DNA of 63,425 nucleotides, filler included, from Blastocystis sp. subtype 4 (Eukaryota), in the NCBI RefSeq assembly GCF_000743755.1. It is 32 parts of 32 records of this genome, joined end to end, with 100 filler letters (N's around TTAATTAATTAA, not from the genome) between each part and the next. Parts side by side here need not be neighbours in the genome. Positions count along the whole stretch, not along the records: positions 11,892 to 13,745 come from NW_014568798.1; positions 13,846 to 15,697 come from NW_014568797.1; positions 15,798 to 18,972 come from NW_014568796.1; positions 19,073 to 20,923 come from NW_014568795.1; positions 21,024 to 22,869 come from NW_014568794.1; positions 22,970 to 24,854 come from NW_014568793.1; positions 24,955 to 26,795 come from NW_014568792.1; 25 more parts are not named here. One strand, 5' to 3'. The notes beneath the pieces were generated by a model. The model ran no database searches and was not told the origin of the DNA. It saw only the letters and a list, made by a program, of their open reading frames with translations. This document shows positions 11,892 to 25,113 of the stretch, piece by piece. How positions within the stretch are numbered: the stretch's first letter is position 1; every line of letters starts with the position of its first letter. The position numbers and the translations under genes were made by a program.

Positions 11892-13021
11892 ACTTGGAGA
11901 GATCAACATCGATCATATCGGGGAAACTGTTTGAATCAAAGATGAGAGATTGGACATTGAGAGGAATTGAATCCCAATCTGAAGATGCTACATAACTATC
12001 TTGGTTGCCATATCTCAATCCAAAAGCATATCCAGCAATTCCTCCATAATTGGCTCCTGTTTCATCATTCTTCATTGGTAACTTCAATTCAAGGTGTTCA
12101 CAAGGAGTCACACCAATATCAACCATCCAATAACCATCCATCAAATCATCATCATATCCAGTAACAACTCCATAAACCGAAGGATAAGACGTCTGACCAA
12201 TGAATGGGAAGCTAGTTGTATTCATTGAATCAGTATAGCGAATTCTCATCAAATCCAGTCCCAATAGACTCAGTGTTGGAACTCCACTGTTTACCAGATT
12301 CATCAAACCTCCTCGATTTAGTCCTTCTGGTTTCTCGATCTCAAACACATACCTAAAAGCACTCACAGATGTGCACATCTCTTGTCCTAATCGAATCGCT
12401 TCCTGTTCACTCATCAGTCCAACAGTCGAGAGGAAACCTTGAAGGTCTGGCATTGATACTCCTTCACAAGTATCCTCTCTTTGATCGTCCTTGAAACATT
12501 CCAGAAGATACTCTAACGACAGTTTCTCTTCAATTCCTCTTTGATAGAGAGCAAACTCAGCTGCAGCTATGGTTGCTGTGGCCCAAGAGAGAGAACAACT
12601 ATGACTCTTAGAATAGTCTTGAAGCTTAGAATGATCCTCAGTACATAATTCACGAAAGTGAACCTGTTGGTAGTACTCATGTCTGTTGACTTCAATTGGA
12701 TCATCATAGGATCCAAGACCCGAATACTTGATCCTGAGGTCCATCATTTCTTTCAGATCAGAGTCTTGAAAGTCAGCCAGAATGTTGAGTTTCATAGGGA
12801 ATGAGAAGAATAGATTGCTCCTGTTCATTTCCTCGCATGCAGTCATCCAATTGTCGAAATGTGTCCTTAGTATCTCTCTAATCTTACTTCACGTATTCAT
12901 CATACTCATTTCCATACTTCATTGAGTAAGCATCAAGATACGTAGAGTACGTCTCAGCATTACAAATCAAAGGTGATGTATATGCTTTACTCAACAATAG
13001 AATCAAAAAGGGAATCAGCAT
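11892..13021 (-). CDS. Secreted papain-family (C1A)-like domain protein, probably inactive, followed by LRR-like region (3'-truncated)
   Basis: Signal peptide; SCSLSWA...LSLEYLLEC...CEG pattern of C1A proteases; VTGYDD...YW. Confidence 0.6.
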
Positions 13022-13845
13022 TCCGAAGAAAAGAAATAAACGGACATAAAAGGGGTGGTTCTGAATTCATTACGCTTTTTTCGGCAGTGGACTTGAAACC
13101 GTACTATTTGCGGTGATTCCTATTTTGTTGATTATCTCAACAAATTTGGAGTAAGATCGCTCATTCTCGGAATATTCTATGAATTATATGTAAATAAGTA
13201 CAATTGATATGCTTCTATTGAGTTTAGACTTCTAGACATAGATTGTTATAACTTCCAGATTCCCGCGGCTATGATAAGGTCATATTTCTTGATTGCAGAG
13301 TATTGCTGTATTGCTTTAAATCAAATAATGATTTGTATCATCGTCGTTTTGGTATGTGAGTATGCTACCATTCAGTATAGTCATTTTCATCAGTGAATTA
13401 AGAACTAGTGAAAGAAGATCCAAAGAGTGAATACTTAGTCAAAATGGAGATTACTAGATATGATAGAAAAGGGAAGTGATGTCAAGTTTGTTGGTATCAC
13501 AGTTTCTAGTCGTTTTCGGAGTTACAGAATAAAGACTATTGTTTCTACAATTATTCCTCCAACCCAATCTCCTGCTACACCATCTCCTCCAGTGAGTTAT
13601 GAATGTACACATCAGGGTTATTCTCTCTATCTGTCTCATTATTCATTCAAGTGTTCTTCTGATTGTGATCAATATATGGAGTAATGTTGATTGTATGATA
13701 ATCACAAAGAAATCATTATCCCTTCTACTACACTTCATGTATCACNNNNNNNNNNNNNNNNNNNNNNNNNNNNNNNNNNNNNNNNNNNNTTAATTAATTA
13801 ANNNNNNNNNNNNNNNNNNNNNNNNNNNNNNNNNNNNNNNNNNNN

Positions 13846-15697
13846 TAGAGGATTGTCTCCTGAAATGATTGGAGAGATTGAGAATGATTGTCCTTTGATG
13901 AGAGTGAATGAGAATTGAGAATAATGAAGATTGGATAGAGGAATCATGACTTGAATGGAGATTGTGAATTGAGTTGATCCGACTTGATTGAATGCTTGAA
14001 TGGTGATGTTTGTGAGAGGAATTGAAGATAGAGGCGTTCCAGATATGATTCCTGTTGATGAATCGAATGATAGACCAATAGGAAGAGATCCAGATATAAT
14101 GGAGAATGATAGATCATCTCCTTCACAATAGGGAGTTGTACTGAAATAGGTGTTGTTTTGAATGATGAAGATGGTTTGATTGTAGTTGAGAGATGAAGGA
14201 ATGAGTTGAATAGTGAATGAAAGAGAGAATCATTGAATGCTTTGATTGTGACTGATTGAGATGATACTGATTGAGAAGGAATTCCTGATATGATTCCTGT
14301 TGATGAATTGAGAGATAGACCAATAGGAAGAGATCCTGATATGATAGAGAATGAGAGTTGATCTCTAATGACAGTGGGTGTAATAGAGAATGGATCATTC
14401 TTTGATAGAGCAAATGAAGACTGAGGATAAGAGAATGAAGTGATAGGAATACACTTTCCTGTAGTCTGTTGCCATACTCCATCTTCGCTTCCCAAGATAC
14501 AAGCACGTCGAAGAGTACTTGTATAGTCTCCCAGACTTGAACACTCTATTACAGCCTCTTGACCAACTTCAATAGTAGGAAATCGTCCTTCTGCAATACA
14601 CCGTCCCTTTCGTACCTCAATTGATAACATGGCTTGTGTAGTTCCTGACTCATTCTCAGCAGAGATAGTGAAAAATGTCAGATCACAAGTAACAGTGGGA
14701 ATTCCTGAAATCTCTCCTGTCTGCGAATTAAGTGTCAATCCAGCTGGAAGAGTCACTCCAGTATCAATGTACCAACGATCAACTATATTTCTCACTGAAG
14801 GAACACCAGTGGTCACAGCTGTTCCCATCACAAATCGATTCTGGCTGGGATGGTCGGTAACTAGCATTCATTGGAGGCTTCTGTACACAGTGATCCATCT
14901 TGACTTCACCCAACACACCATTAGAACACTCACGATATGAATAACCTCTGTAACCCTCAGGACAAGAAGAAGGAGAGATTTGACCTTCACCCACTGAAGG
15001 ATAGTTGCCAATTCTAGGACATACAGATCCTGTTGGCTTACAATAGGCCATATGAACAGAACCCAAAGTGGTTGTAGTTGAACCAGTATCAGTAACCTCC
15101 CATCGATATCTACGGAATCCAGCCAGAGCCACAGGGAGGCTTTGTTCGAGAAGTCACAGTCTGACCTATAGCACTCAGAATTGTCACTGGTTCATTTGTA
15201 GTGTCATCAGGATTGTAGTTAGCAATGATATCAAAACCCCAAGAAGTGACTGTGGATCCTCCAACCATGTTGAATGAATTCCATTTGCTTCCTTCCAGAT
15301 TCTCAACAGTCCATTCAATATAGGTTCCAATCGTATTAGGAAGTAGACCAGTAGTGAAAGGATCAAGATCCATGATTCCAACAATAGTACCAGAACTGGG
15401 ATTTGTAGATTCCAGTGAAGAATAAGAATCAACAACAGTAGAACAGTCTTCAACTCCAAATACTCCAGTAGCATCAAACACAACAGGATCAGAAGAAGAA
15501 CCACTCAAACCACGATGAATCTCGAAACTGAATACATTACTGCCTTCCTGAATTCCAGCTGTTGCCAGAATCACATGGAACTTCGAGAATATAGTAGAAT
15601 CATGATCAGTGATTGATAGACTTGTTGAATCGAAATCATCTTCAAGATTGAATCGAGCAACCAGATTTCCATTCAGATAGGCAGCCACTCCTCCAGA
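13846..15697 (-). pseudogene. Ig-like/He_PIG repeat surface protein family member with frameshifts
   Basis: AAYLNGNLVARFNL, NLEGSKWNSF and LPAGLTLNSQTGEISGIP motifs split across three frames. Confidence 0.7.
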
Positions 15698-15797
15698 NNN
15701 NNNNNNNNNNNNNNNNNNNNNNNNNNNNNNNNNNNNNNNNNTTAATTAATTAANNNNNNNNNNNNNNNNNNNNNNNNNNNNNNNNNNNNNNNNNNNN

Positions 15798-16437
15798 ACA
15801 GATTCAGACTTCAACAGTAACGAGTCCAGTGACATTCCTTCAATCTGGAAGTAACACGATTGCTATTGCCATTGTTGCTATTGCTGACAGTTACACTACA
15901 TCCTATTTCGATACAATGGTTCGTTTGATGTCTTCAGAACAATCTGAATCTCATATCTGGGAATATACTGCTACAATGAGTGGGATAACAGGATCTGTGT
16001 CCAATCCTTTCGATATGTATCATGGAACTAACATCCACTATTCATTCTGTACTTCCAATTCTCTGACTTTGACTCTATCAAACAATCGTCGTGAATGGAT
16101 CAGTTCTGTTCAGATTCAGAACTATTACTCAACAACATACAGCAATAACAAGGCAACACAATTCAAATTGTATGGTCATAACTTGGGAACAGATGAATGG
16201 ACACTTCTGAAGGATGTATCAGGTTTGAAATATTCCACTCCTGGTCATAAGAATAAGATCTATATGGCAAATAACATTCCTTACAATCAATTCAAGTTTG
16301 AGAACTTTGGTACTGGTAATCCTTCTTCTTGTGATTGGTATGTTCAATCTCTGGATCTGTTTGCTGATAACACTTTGGTTGATATTCCTAACTTCACTTA
16401 TGATTCTTCAATCACTATTTTCAAGGATGTTGAATAA
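15798..16437 (+). CDS. Ig-like surface protein family internal fragment ending abruptly
   Basis: NNRREWISSV, YNQFKFENF; ORF stops at FKDVE* where a dispersed non-coding module begins. Confidence 0.65.
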
Positions 16438-16479
16438 GCGGAACACCATTATTATTGCATCCAATCAAAATGCATCAGT

Positions 16480-16760
16480 TATAACTGAATCAAATCGCGT
16501 TTTTATTGACATATAAGAATAAGCTATCTTCCGTGTTTCTATCCAGTTATATGAATAGCAAAATTAGCGCATATTTCTAGTCACACATTTTGCGGTTATT
16601 CGTCACTCCGTTTACTGTACCATCTTTAGTGTCAGAAAGTTTGTTTTACTTTGTTCACGCTTACTTAACCATTTTGCACTCCTTCTTTTGGTATCAGCTC
16701 AGGGAGGTGTGGCACCAAGCACTGTACCCTCCACAGAGCACGTAGCGCCTCAGATCTCGA
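16480..16760 (+). mobile_element. Conserved non-coding module (putative element end), copy 1
   Basis: Homologous to 48255-48540 and 58740-59035 (ATCTTCCGTGTTTCTATCCAGTT; TTGCGGTT(A/G)TTCGTCAC); GC-rich hairpin-like end. Confidence 0.6.
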
Positions 16761-17649
16761 TGAATTGTAATGAATTGTCGTAGAAACAGTCAATCATTTG
16801 TCTTTGAGATGTGGATCCAATAGAACAAGGAATGATAAGACGACTGCCAGAAATATGAACTAAATATTGATTCCAAATGGTTTGTTATATCACTGTTAAC
16901 AGATCTAGACATTGACTTATCTGAATTGTGTGTTTTCAACCAATCATCATTTCTGACCTTGGAAGTGAAATGCGGAATCTAGAATCGAAATTAGCATCAA
17001 TAACTCAACAGTTTGGTTGATATCATCATTGAGAACAACGATTCCATAGGTTCATTGGTTCATAATTATTATATTCATTTGATCACTAAACAGGTCTTTT
17101 CCGTCTATTGAGCAGCTTATGCACAATTTGATTGGTTTGAAACCAATTATCCAATAGGAAACGATAGATTATTGGTTGATAACCATACCTTCAGTTCTTC
17201 GAAGCTTCTATTCTTGTTTTGTGAGATGAATGAGAATTGAGTTGAATAAGAGAAAGGCATGTTCCGTATTTAGAAGGGAATATTGTTTATCCCATTCTGT
17301 TTATCTAAGAGTTGATGTGAATTGGTTGTTTGTTTGAATTCATAATCAGTCAAACCAAATTGATGTAAATGACACATTATTAAGGAAATTGGATGCAACA
17401 ACAATCTCTGATTCTAATTGAATAGTTCTAGTGATGAATATCACATGCATCAGAAACAGAGTTCATTATCAATAGAATCTAGTTATTTCTCAGGATATCT
17501 AATTCAGTGGATAATTCTGAATAGCTTGTTCTTTCGGTCTTTTACTATTCCTCTTTTGGAAATGTCAATTGCTGTTGCATAACAAGCAATCTATTTCGCT
17601 ATTTGCCTTTGATTCTATTAGAACTCTATTGGAGATGTAACTACCCTTA

Positions 17650-18972
17650 TAACATGTTGATCATCATTTTTCTATTTGATGAAAGTTTTGCTATTATTCT
17701 CACTTCTATGTATTGTCCTTATGTTCTTGTACTAATGTCTAGTGTCAATAAGTGTTGCTGTTAATTGCGCTAGTTCTGAAGTGAAGTTCACTAAGAAGAC
17801 CCTGACTCTGGCAAGTCAAGAGTCGTTCAAGATTCTTTCTGGCTCTCAAGTCCTCTACACATCTCCTTCTTTGACAAACAATCAGGAGCGAGTTCTTGAG
17901 GTTTGTCTTCAACAGACTACGAACAATCAATACACTCTTGGAATGTATGATACTGTCTCCTATTGGGCAAATGGTGCTTGGCTGATGATTGAAGGAATCA
18001 ATGGAAATCGTGTGTTCAAGGGAATGGTAACATCAAGTAAGACACAAAGTAAGACACAGCAGCAGCCTTTGTCTCTGTATTCTCCTATCAACAAGGATGA
18101 TACTTGGAAGTACACTGCTACTCCTTCAGGAAACTGGAAGGATGTGAGTTATTCGGATGCTGGTTGGCGGATGCTGGTTGGACTGATGTTACTCTTGAAA
18201 TCTCCCCAATTCAAGCTACAGGAACTCAGTACTTCCGTAAGTCGTTTGCTGGATTGAGTGGAATGGCTGCTATTGAATTCCAACTCAGGTATCGTTATTA
18301 TATCAATGGAAATGAAGTGTATCGTGATAACATGGCTGATGGAGAACCAACGAGTTCTACACTTGCTACTGGAAGTTACATGGTTTATGATTATCATGGA
18401 GTGATTCGTCCTTCCACTATTGCTGAGAGTTCTTCAAGTGTGTTGGCTGTTGAAGTCCATTTCCTATCAACTGACTATTCAGAACTCATTCAATTCAATG
18501 GATTCCTCGCTTTCTATGCTGGTATTAGTACATCTGGTATTAGTACATCAGATCTCTGTTTTGTTGTTCCAAATGATGTAACAGCAACTGGTACTAGTTT
18601 TACGACTCCTGCGAATGCTTTCTCCTGGACATATTCCTCTTCAGCCTATTTCACAAGTACCTACACTTCTGGAACTCTGACTGCTGAGTATCAGGGTGCT
18701 TCTCTTCCAATGGTGAATTCTGTTCGTATCTGGCCTTATACTAGTACTACTACTCATGTTGTTCATTTCCTGGTTGAAAGAGCTGCTTCTTCATCAGGCC
18801 CTTGGACTTCTATCTTGGAGACAGATGGAGGCACTTACACTTCAAGTCAATGGAAACAATGGAATTCTTTAGCACCTTCTCCTCGTTCTTCATTGTTCCG
18901 ATTGACTGCATACAAGAGAGGAACAGGATCAACTTATGTGAATGAACTTCAGTATCTTGTTTGTAATCGTGC
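17650..18972 (+). pseudogene. Ig-like surface protein family member, frameshifted by a short duplication
   Basis: Family motifs; GGATGCTGGTTGG duplicated at ~18155-18181 shifts the frame. Confidence 0.7.
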
Positions 18973-19072
18973 NNNNNNNNNNNNNNNNNNNNNNNNNNNN
19001 NNNNNNNNNNNNNNNNTTAATTAATTAANNNNNNNNNNNNNNNNNNNNNNNNNNNNNNNNNNNNNNNNNNNN

Positions 19073-20440
19073 AATGAAGAGTTGGATCCAGTGGAAGTGA
19101 GTTGCCAACGATAATGAGGAAAGCCAGCAAGAGCAAGAGGAATGAGAGTGGAAATGGATTGTGTTTGAGTGAGATTGAGAAGGAGAATGGGTTGGTCCTG
19201 GGGATTATTGAAGCCATGAATGGAGAAGCCCCAAGAAGAGGAATCAGATCTGAGAAGATGGAATGAGTTCCATTTGCTTCCTTCGAGATTGTCAACAGTC
19301 CAATCAATATGAGTTTGAGGAGTGTTTGGATACCAAGTCATGAAGAAGGGATCTGAGATGTGAGAAGGAGTGAGTTGAGGATTGGAAAGAGAGAGTGAAG
19401 AATAAGAATCAAGGAGAATGGAACAAGTATCAACTCCATATACTCCAGCAGCATCAAATACAACAGGTTGAGTATCAGGAGTATTGAAAGGACGATGAAT
19501 CTCAAATGCAATGAGATTGAGTCTTGAAGAGTGGATAGAATGATATGGAAGTGAGATGGAAGAGAAGCATCATGAATGAGAATGGACTCAGTTTCTTGAT
19601 CAAAGTACTGAGCGATATTGAATCGAGCAACTCGATGAGCATTGAAGTAGACAACGACTCCTCCAGTGTATTTGAGTTTGACATTGAGGACTTGATAGAG
19701 ATTGAGAGAAGGAATGGAGAAGGACTTGCGGATGAAAGTGGTGATGAATGAAGTGGGAGGAATAGCAGATGGTTGAAGTGAGTTCCATGAGGAGTCATCA
19801 AAGGAGAGTGAGTTCCAGTGATGAGGGCATCATTCTGAAGGACCTTCCATTGAGTGAGTTCCATTTGGAATGGAATGTTTGTAGAGAAGACATAAGTGAA
19901 TGAGTTATCAATGAATTGAATTCCCGTTCCTATCTCAATATCATTGATTGTGATAGAGAAGTCATAGAGTGTAGAAGAGTCATGATTGGATTTCATAGAG
20001 TTGTTGTAGAGGTGATTGAGTTGGAATGAATAGATGGTTTGATTGAGACAGAGATCAATGAAATGATATCCAGAGACAACAAGGAAGGGATCTGAAGATG
20101 CAATGAGAGTGGATTGTGGATTGAGATTGGAATAGATTCCATGATAGAGATTGATAGGATTGAGAATGAAATCGAAGAGTGATGAGACCTTGAACAAGAG
20201 TACAAGTTTGAACAGAGAGTGAGAAGGAGATGGTTGTGTTTCCTCCAGTGATTCTAGTTGCAGAGATGGAGAATTGAAGAGGAGTGGTGATATTGATGAA
20301 TGATCCAATGATCCAACCATCATTAGGATCGAAATGGAGAAGGAGTAATAGAGAAATGATAGTATCCAAGAGTGGGAGGAGAAGGATGATTGAGAATGGA
20401 AGTGGAATAGAGAGTGAGAGATTGAATGGTCCATGAACAA
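19073..20440 (-). pseudogene. Degenerate Ig-like surface protein family member
   Basis: NLEGSKWNSF, VARFN-like and FEIHR motifs in shifting frames. Confidence 0.55.
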
Positions 20441-21511
20441 TGAGGATCTATCATATCAGCTCACACAATGCATACTACCGAACATCTCTTCGATAAGAAA
20501 CATATTACTTGAATTGACTTATTATATGGATGCATACAATGGATTGTAATCAAAACAGTTATTACAGTAGTCATAATCCATCAATGAGTTAGAGAGGATG
20601 TGCGTTCAGTAGTATATAGTGTAAGCTAATGATTAAGGATTATTAATAATTGAGATAGAAGATAAGACTGTAGAAAAAATGATTTGAAAAAGTGATTTCC
20701 ATTACTATCTATTGAGTGAATATGGGAATGGATTGAGAAATGAGAATAGAGATGATTCCCGCGGTATGAATAAGTGAAATGAAATAAGCCAATAAGTCAT
20801 AATAACATAGAAAGAATGATTGAAAATAAGAATATGAGTGTAGATAATGTTGAATCAATATCAAAGAAGATGAATGGAGTAGAATGGAGAATGAAGTGGA
20901 AAGAGTACTTGAAAGAGAGTGTANNNNNNNNNNNNNNNNNNNNNNNNNNNNNNNNNNNNNNNNNNNNTTAATTAATTAANNNNNNNNNNNNNNNNNNNNN
21001 NNNNNNNNNNNNNNNNNNNNNNNTTCTAATAAACCAATATTCCATTTCATACTATCATTTCTTTCATCTTCAACACTTAGTATCATTCTTCTCTCATTCT
21101 ATTGTCAATAGAATCTCATCAACTATCTATTCATCTCTTTCAATCATTTCTGTTGATTCTATCTATTTCTGCTGTTACAATGAATCTGTGATAACTGATA
21201 GAATGATAACTGTCCATTTCATTGATACCAGATCAAAGAACTCTTATTCAACGATTCTCTCATCTTCTATTCAATTTGAGAATCATGAATAGAACAAACA
21301 AGAAGAGTCGAATCACAAATGAATCCTCCTCTCATTGAACTACAAATGCGAATAGGAAGAGGATTGATTAAAGGATTCTGTATCATATCAAAATGGATTG
21401 TTTCAGAATAGAGAATAAAGAATCATATTGCTTTCACTATCAATCCAAGAAAGAAACCTCATAATTGCTTTCATTCAAACAACAGTATTCAATATCACTA
21501 CTATTACTCAT

Positions 21512-22710
21512 TCAAAGACTAGATTCATTCAATCTCTTTTTGACACTTTCATTAATCCTATATTCATTCACTGCTTGTACTGATACTTTCCTCTTCCAGT
21601 GAACAAAGAACATATCAGTTGTGTAATTCACTTTAATCATTGATGCTCCAGTCACCATATGAACTTGAACAAATGGTACTCTTAGAGGATTCACAATCAT
21701 CTTTTGTCTCATTGTAGTGATGATTGGACCCACTTTATTACAAATGGATTCAATATCCAATGTATTATTGAAATCCCATTGTCTACAAGCAACAAATGCA
21801 CTATTCACTTGAAAAGAATCAGCATTTGGATATAATTGATCATATTGTTTAACTACATCGATTACTCTCATTTCTGGATTGATAGGCATAAAGAACTCAT
21901 CAACATCATTGAAGATCACAAACTTGGATACTCTTCTATATCGACGATTACATGATGATAATGCCACTTGTTGTTCAAGAAAAGATAAATGATGAATATA
22001 TGAGAACTCTAGAAGAGAAAGAACACCGATTTCAATGTATTCATGAAGTTGATCCTTCCAATAAGAATACAGATCATTGGCATAGATTATGTTCAATACC
22101 ATTAGCAAGATGATATTCCATCCATGATCGTACCAATGATAAAGGAACTGATGATATGGATGTACAATAGATAATACATTGGTTGTTCTGGTTTAGGAGC
22201 ATAGGGTGCAACAAAGACATACGAATCAGTCACATTTGGTATCTTGATGGAAAACTCAGAATCTCTTGAAGAACAGGATGAATTGAATACAAATGAGGAG
22301 AGAATGACATGTTTGTGATGATCTCGTCCAATTGAATTATCAACTGTTTCTCCATGGAAGCAGAGATTGGATTATTCAAGAACTGTTGTTTATCTGATGA
22401 TAAGTATCGAAGATTAAACACTGCATCCAGATGAAAATGATTATTCTCACAATAGGTGAAAGAATCCATCAGAATGGGTATTTGTCTTTCAGAGGCATTA
22501 GACACTTGATAATAATAAGTAGATGGTAATGATCTATCTGAATGCCATCAATAATCGAAGTGAGAAATGAATGGTATTAATGGAACTATCCACTCTATGT
22601 TGAATTCCTCTTAAGAGAATACCGAGAATATGAGAATAAGTAGTGAAGTAGGAATAATGAGAGAACAAGCAATAGCATTGAATGAGAATAAACACAGTGA
22701 CAATAGTTCA
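21512..22710 (-). CDS. GT92/DUF23-like glycosyltransferase, spliced
   Basis: QQVALSSC, VIFNDVDEFFMP, KMIVNP..VHM motifs; N-terminal TM segment. Confidence 0.65.
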
Positions 22711-22969
22711 TTTGGAAAGTATTCCTTTCTAATGAATATCACATATGTGATTATTCTATCTCATTGATCAAAGATGCCATTCAACTCAATCTCATCAATA
22801 CCACAAACATCACCATTCCTATTAACAATCCACATACTACAATCAATTTCAATAATCATATTCAACTCCNNNNNNNNNNNNNNNNNNNNNNNNNNNNNNN
22901 NNNNNNNNNNNNNTTAATTAATTAANNNNNNNNNNNNNNNNNNNNNNNNNNNNNNNNNNNNNNNNNNNN

Positions 22970-23557
22970 CCTCTCTCTGTAGGAGGTTATTCATGGAAGA
23001 TCATTACCATTTTCGATGTCATCACTGAATACAAAGGAGTAGTGTTATGGACAGATGCAGGAAGTATCCTTGGAAACATTGATAAGGATATTCAAAGTGC
23101 CAGAATGAATGGTTTCTATTCCAATTCTGCTGGACACAGTATCAGGAAATGGACTCATCCTGGTACATATCAGTATCTTGAGGAGATGAAGTGGATCACC
23201 GTTATGAATTCTACTAAAGACAAATGGTGTTGTAGTGGTGGATATCTGATTATTGACTACAGGAATAGAACAGTGATGGAGAATATCATATATCCAACAG
23301 TCAAGTGTTCTTTGACTAAGAAATGTATCACTCCTATTGGTAGTCATCGAAGGAATCACAGACAAGATCAATCAGTTATCTCCATTTTCGTTCAGTCCTT
23401 GGGCATTCATCAAGCATGTGATCCTCAGCATCGTTCATCAGTTAGTTTTCATCAAGATGCTGAGAAGCGTAACAATCGAATTGATACAGACAGACGATTC
23501 CTTCAGACATTGAAATCCAAATACAATATCACAATCAATGCTTTCGATTCTGTATAG
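22970..23557 (+). CDS. DUF1647-like protein, C-terminal part
   Basis: GGYSWK, WTDAGS, HRQDQSVIS; first 99 bp are the exact reverse complement of 61762-61860. Confidence 0.75.
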   Translation, partial: PLSVGGYSWKIITIFDVITEYKGVVLWTDAGSILGNIDKDIQSARMNGFYSNSAGHSIRKWTHPGTYQYLEEMKWITVMNSTKDKWCCSGGYLIIDYRNRTVMENIIYPTVKCSLTKKCITPIGSHRRNHRQDQSVISIFVQSLGIHQACDPQHRSSVSFHQDAEKRNNRIDTDRRFLQTLKSKYNITINAFDSV

Positions 23558-23631
23558 AGAATCATATGCTATTCTATAACTGATGTTCTTCTATTTGTTT
23601 TAATAATGAAACACATAATAACTGTAACAAC

Positions 23632-24788
23632 AATGAAAGCATATTATTTCTATGATGAGTTGTCAAGGAAGAGTATTGTTTGTATTCCTTATTGTCTATA
23701 TTGCTATCAAAAGGTATTATTATCTGTATTCTAATAGTGAAATCCAATCAATTCAATTAAGAAGGAGTAATGATAACATTCTTTTAGTGATGTCCATTAC
23801 TACACAAGAAGATGTAATCCATTATCAAAGTCTTAACAGTAGATTCCATCACCTAAACTGATTAATACAATGAATTCATTGTCCATCCTTCAAAGAGAAT
23901 ACTCATTCAAAGGAGTGATTATTGCTTCATCTCCGAATGTGACTGATTATGCACTAGCATTGAATCTCACAGTTATTAAAGAAGTGGAAAGCAATCCTTA
24001 TGGTCTTCCTTTTCTCAATTCCATTATCAATTCATCAAAATCACTGTTCAATGCTTCATTCTATGGATACATGAATAGTGATATCCTATTGAATCCATTG
24101 ATAATCAAAGAAATGACTCTTGTAAAAGAAGCGATTGATAATGGATTGCTTGTTCCACCAGTAACAATAGTGTTTGGATTGTGATTGTAGTTGATGATAG
24201 GATCGAGAGTTGGAAATATCAACATTCATGAAAACATGATTTCAAATCTTACAATAGAATCATACTTCAAAGCAGTATCTAATCTAAGTGAAGAAGTTAG
24301 AATGCGAAGTCCAACTGGTTGTGTACTGGTTCTTAATGTATCTCATTCTAGGATATCTTCATCTATACTCCCACATATCCTCTTCATTTGATAGCCAATG
24401 CTGTTGTTGGAAGAAGGTGGATTGATTACATTGCAACATCTCATCCACATTCACTTGGATTGACTTTAGTTGATATTTCAGAAGCAGGTGAGCTTGTAGG
24501 ATGGTAATAAGTGTAGCTATCCATTATCATCAGGGATTTGATAATTATCGACTTCATACTCGCAAGAAGGAAGAGAGAGATGTATTGTGGAATCGAAATA
24601 TTCGCAAAACTCAGTTGTATACACTTAGGGAAGCAGATTATCGTCTATGTCCCAATTTGACATTCATTATTCCTAACTACAAGAATAATGTGACCTGCAA
24701 TCGAATCTATGATGTTTATCATAAACAAATGGAAAGTACTAAAACTGATTACATGATCTTGTTGATTCGATCACACAGAACAGAATAG
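23632..24788 (+). CDS. Putative nucleotide-sugar transferase-like membrane protein, spliced
   Basis: NPYGLPFL...YGYMNSDILL motif shared with 44021-45110; short introns. Confidence 0.55.
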
Positions 24789-25113
24789 TCTATTCATCAC
24801 TTCATTCATCTCTTCACATACTGATTCCATCTCTCCAATAATACATGTTTGATGNNNNNNNNNNNNNNNNNNNNNNNNNNNNNNNNNNNNNNNNNNNNTT
24901 AATTAATTAANNNNNNNNNNNNNNNNNNNNNNNNNNNNNNNNNNNNNNNNNNNNCTATTACCAGCAAATGGCTTATTATCAGATGGCTTATCAGCAACAG
25001 ATGATGGCTCAACAGGGAAAGAAGTGAATATGATTGCTAGCATTCTGTTTGTTCATACCCCTGTTAAATCAAATTGATCCACATGAATCAACAAACATAG
25101 AACAAATGACACA

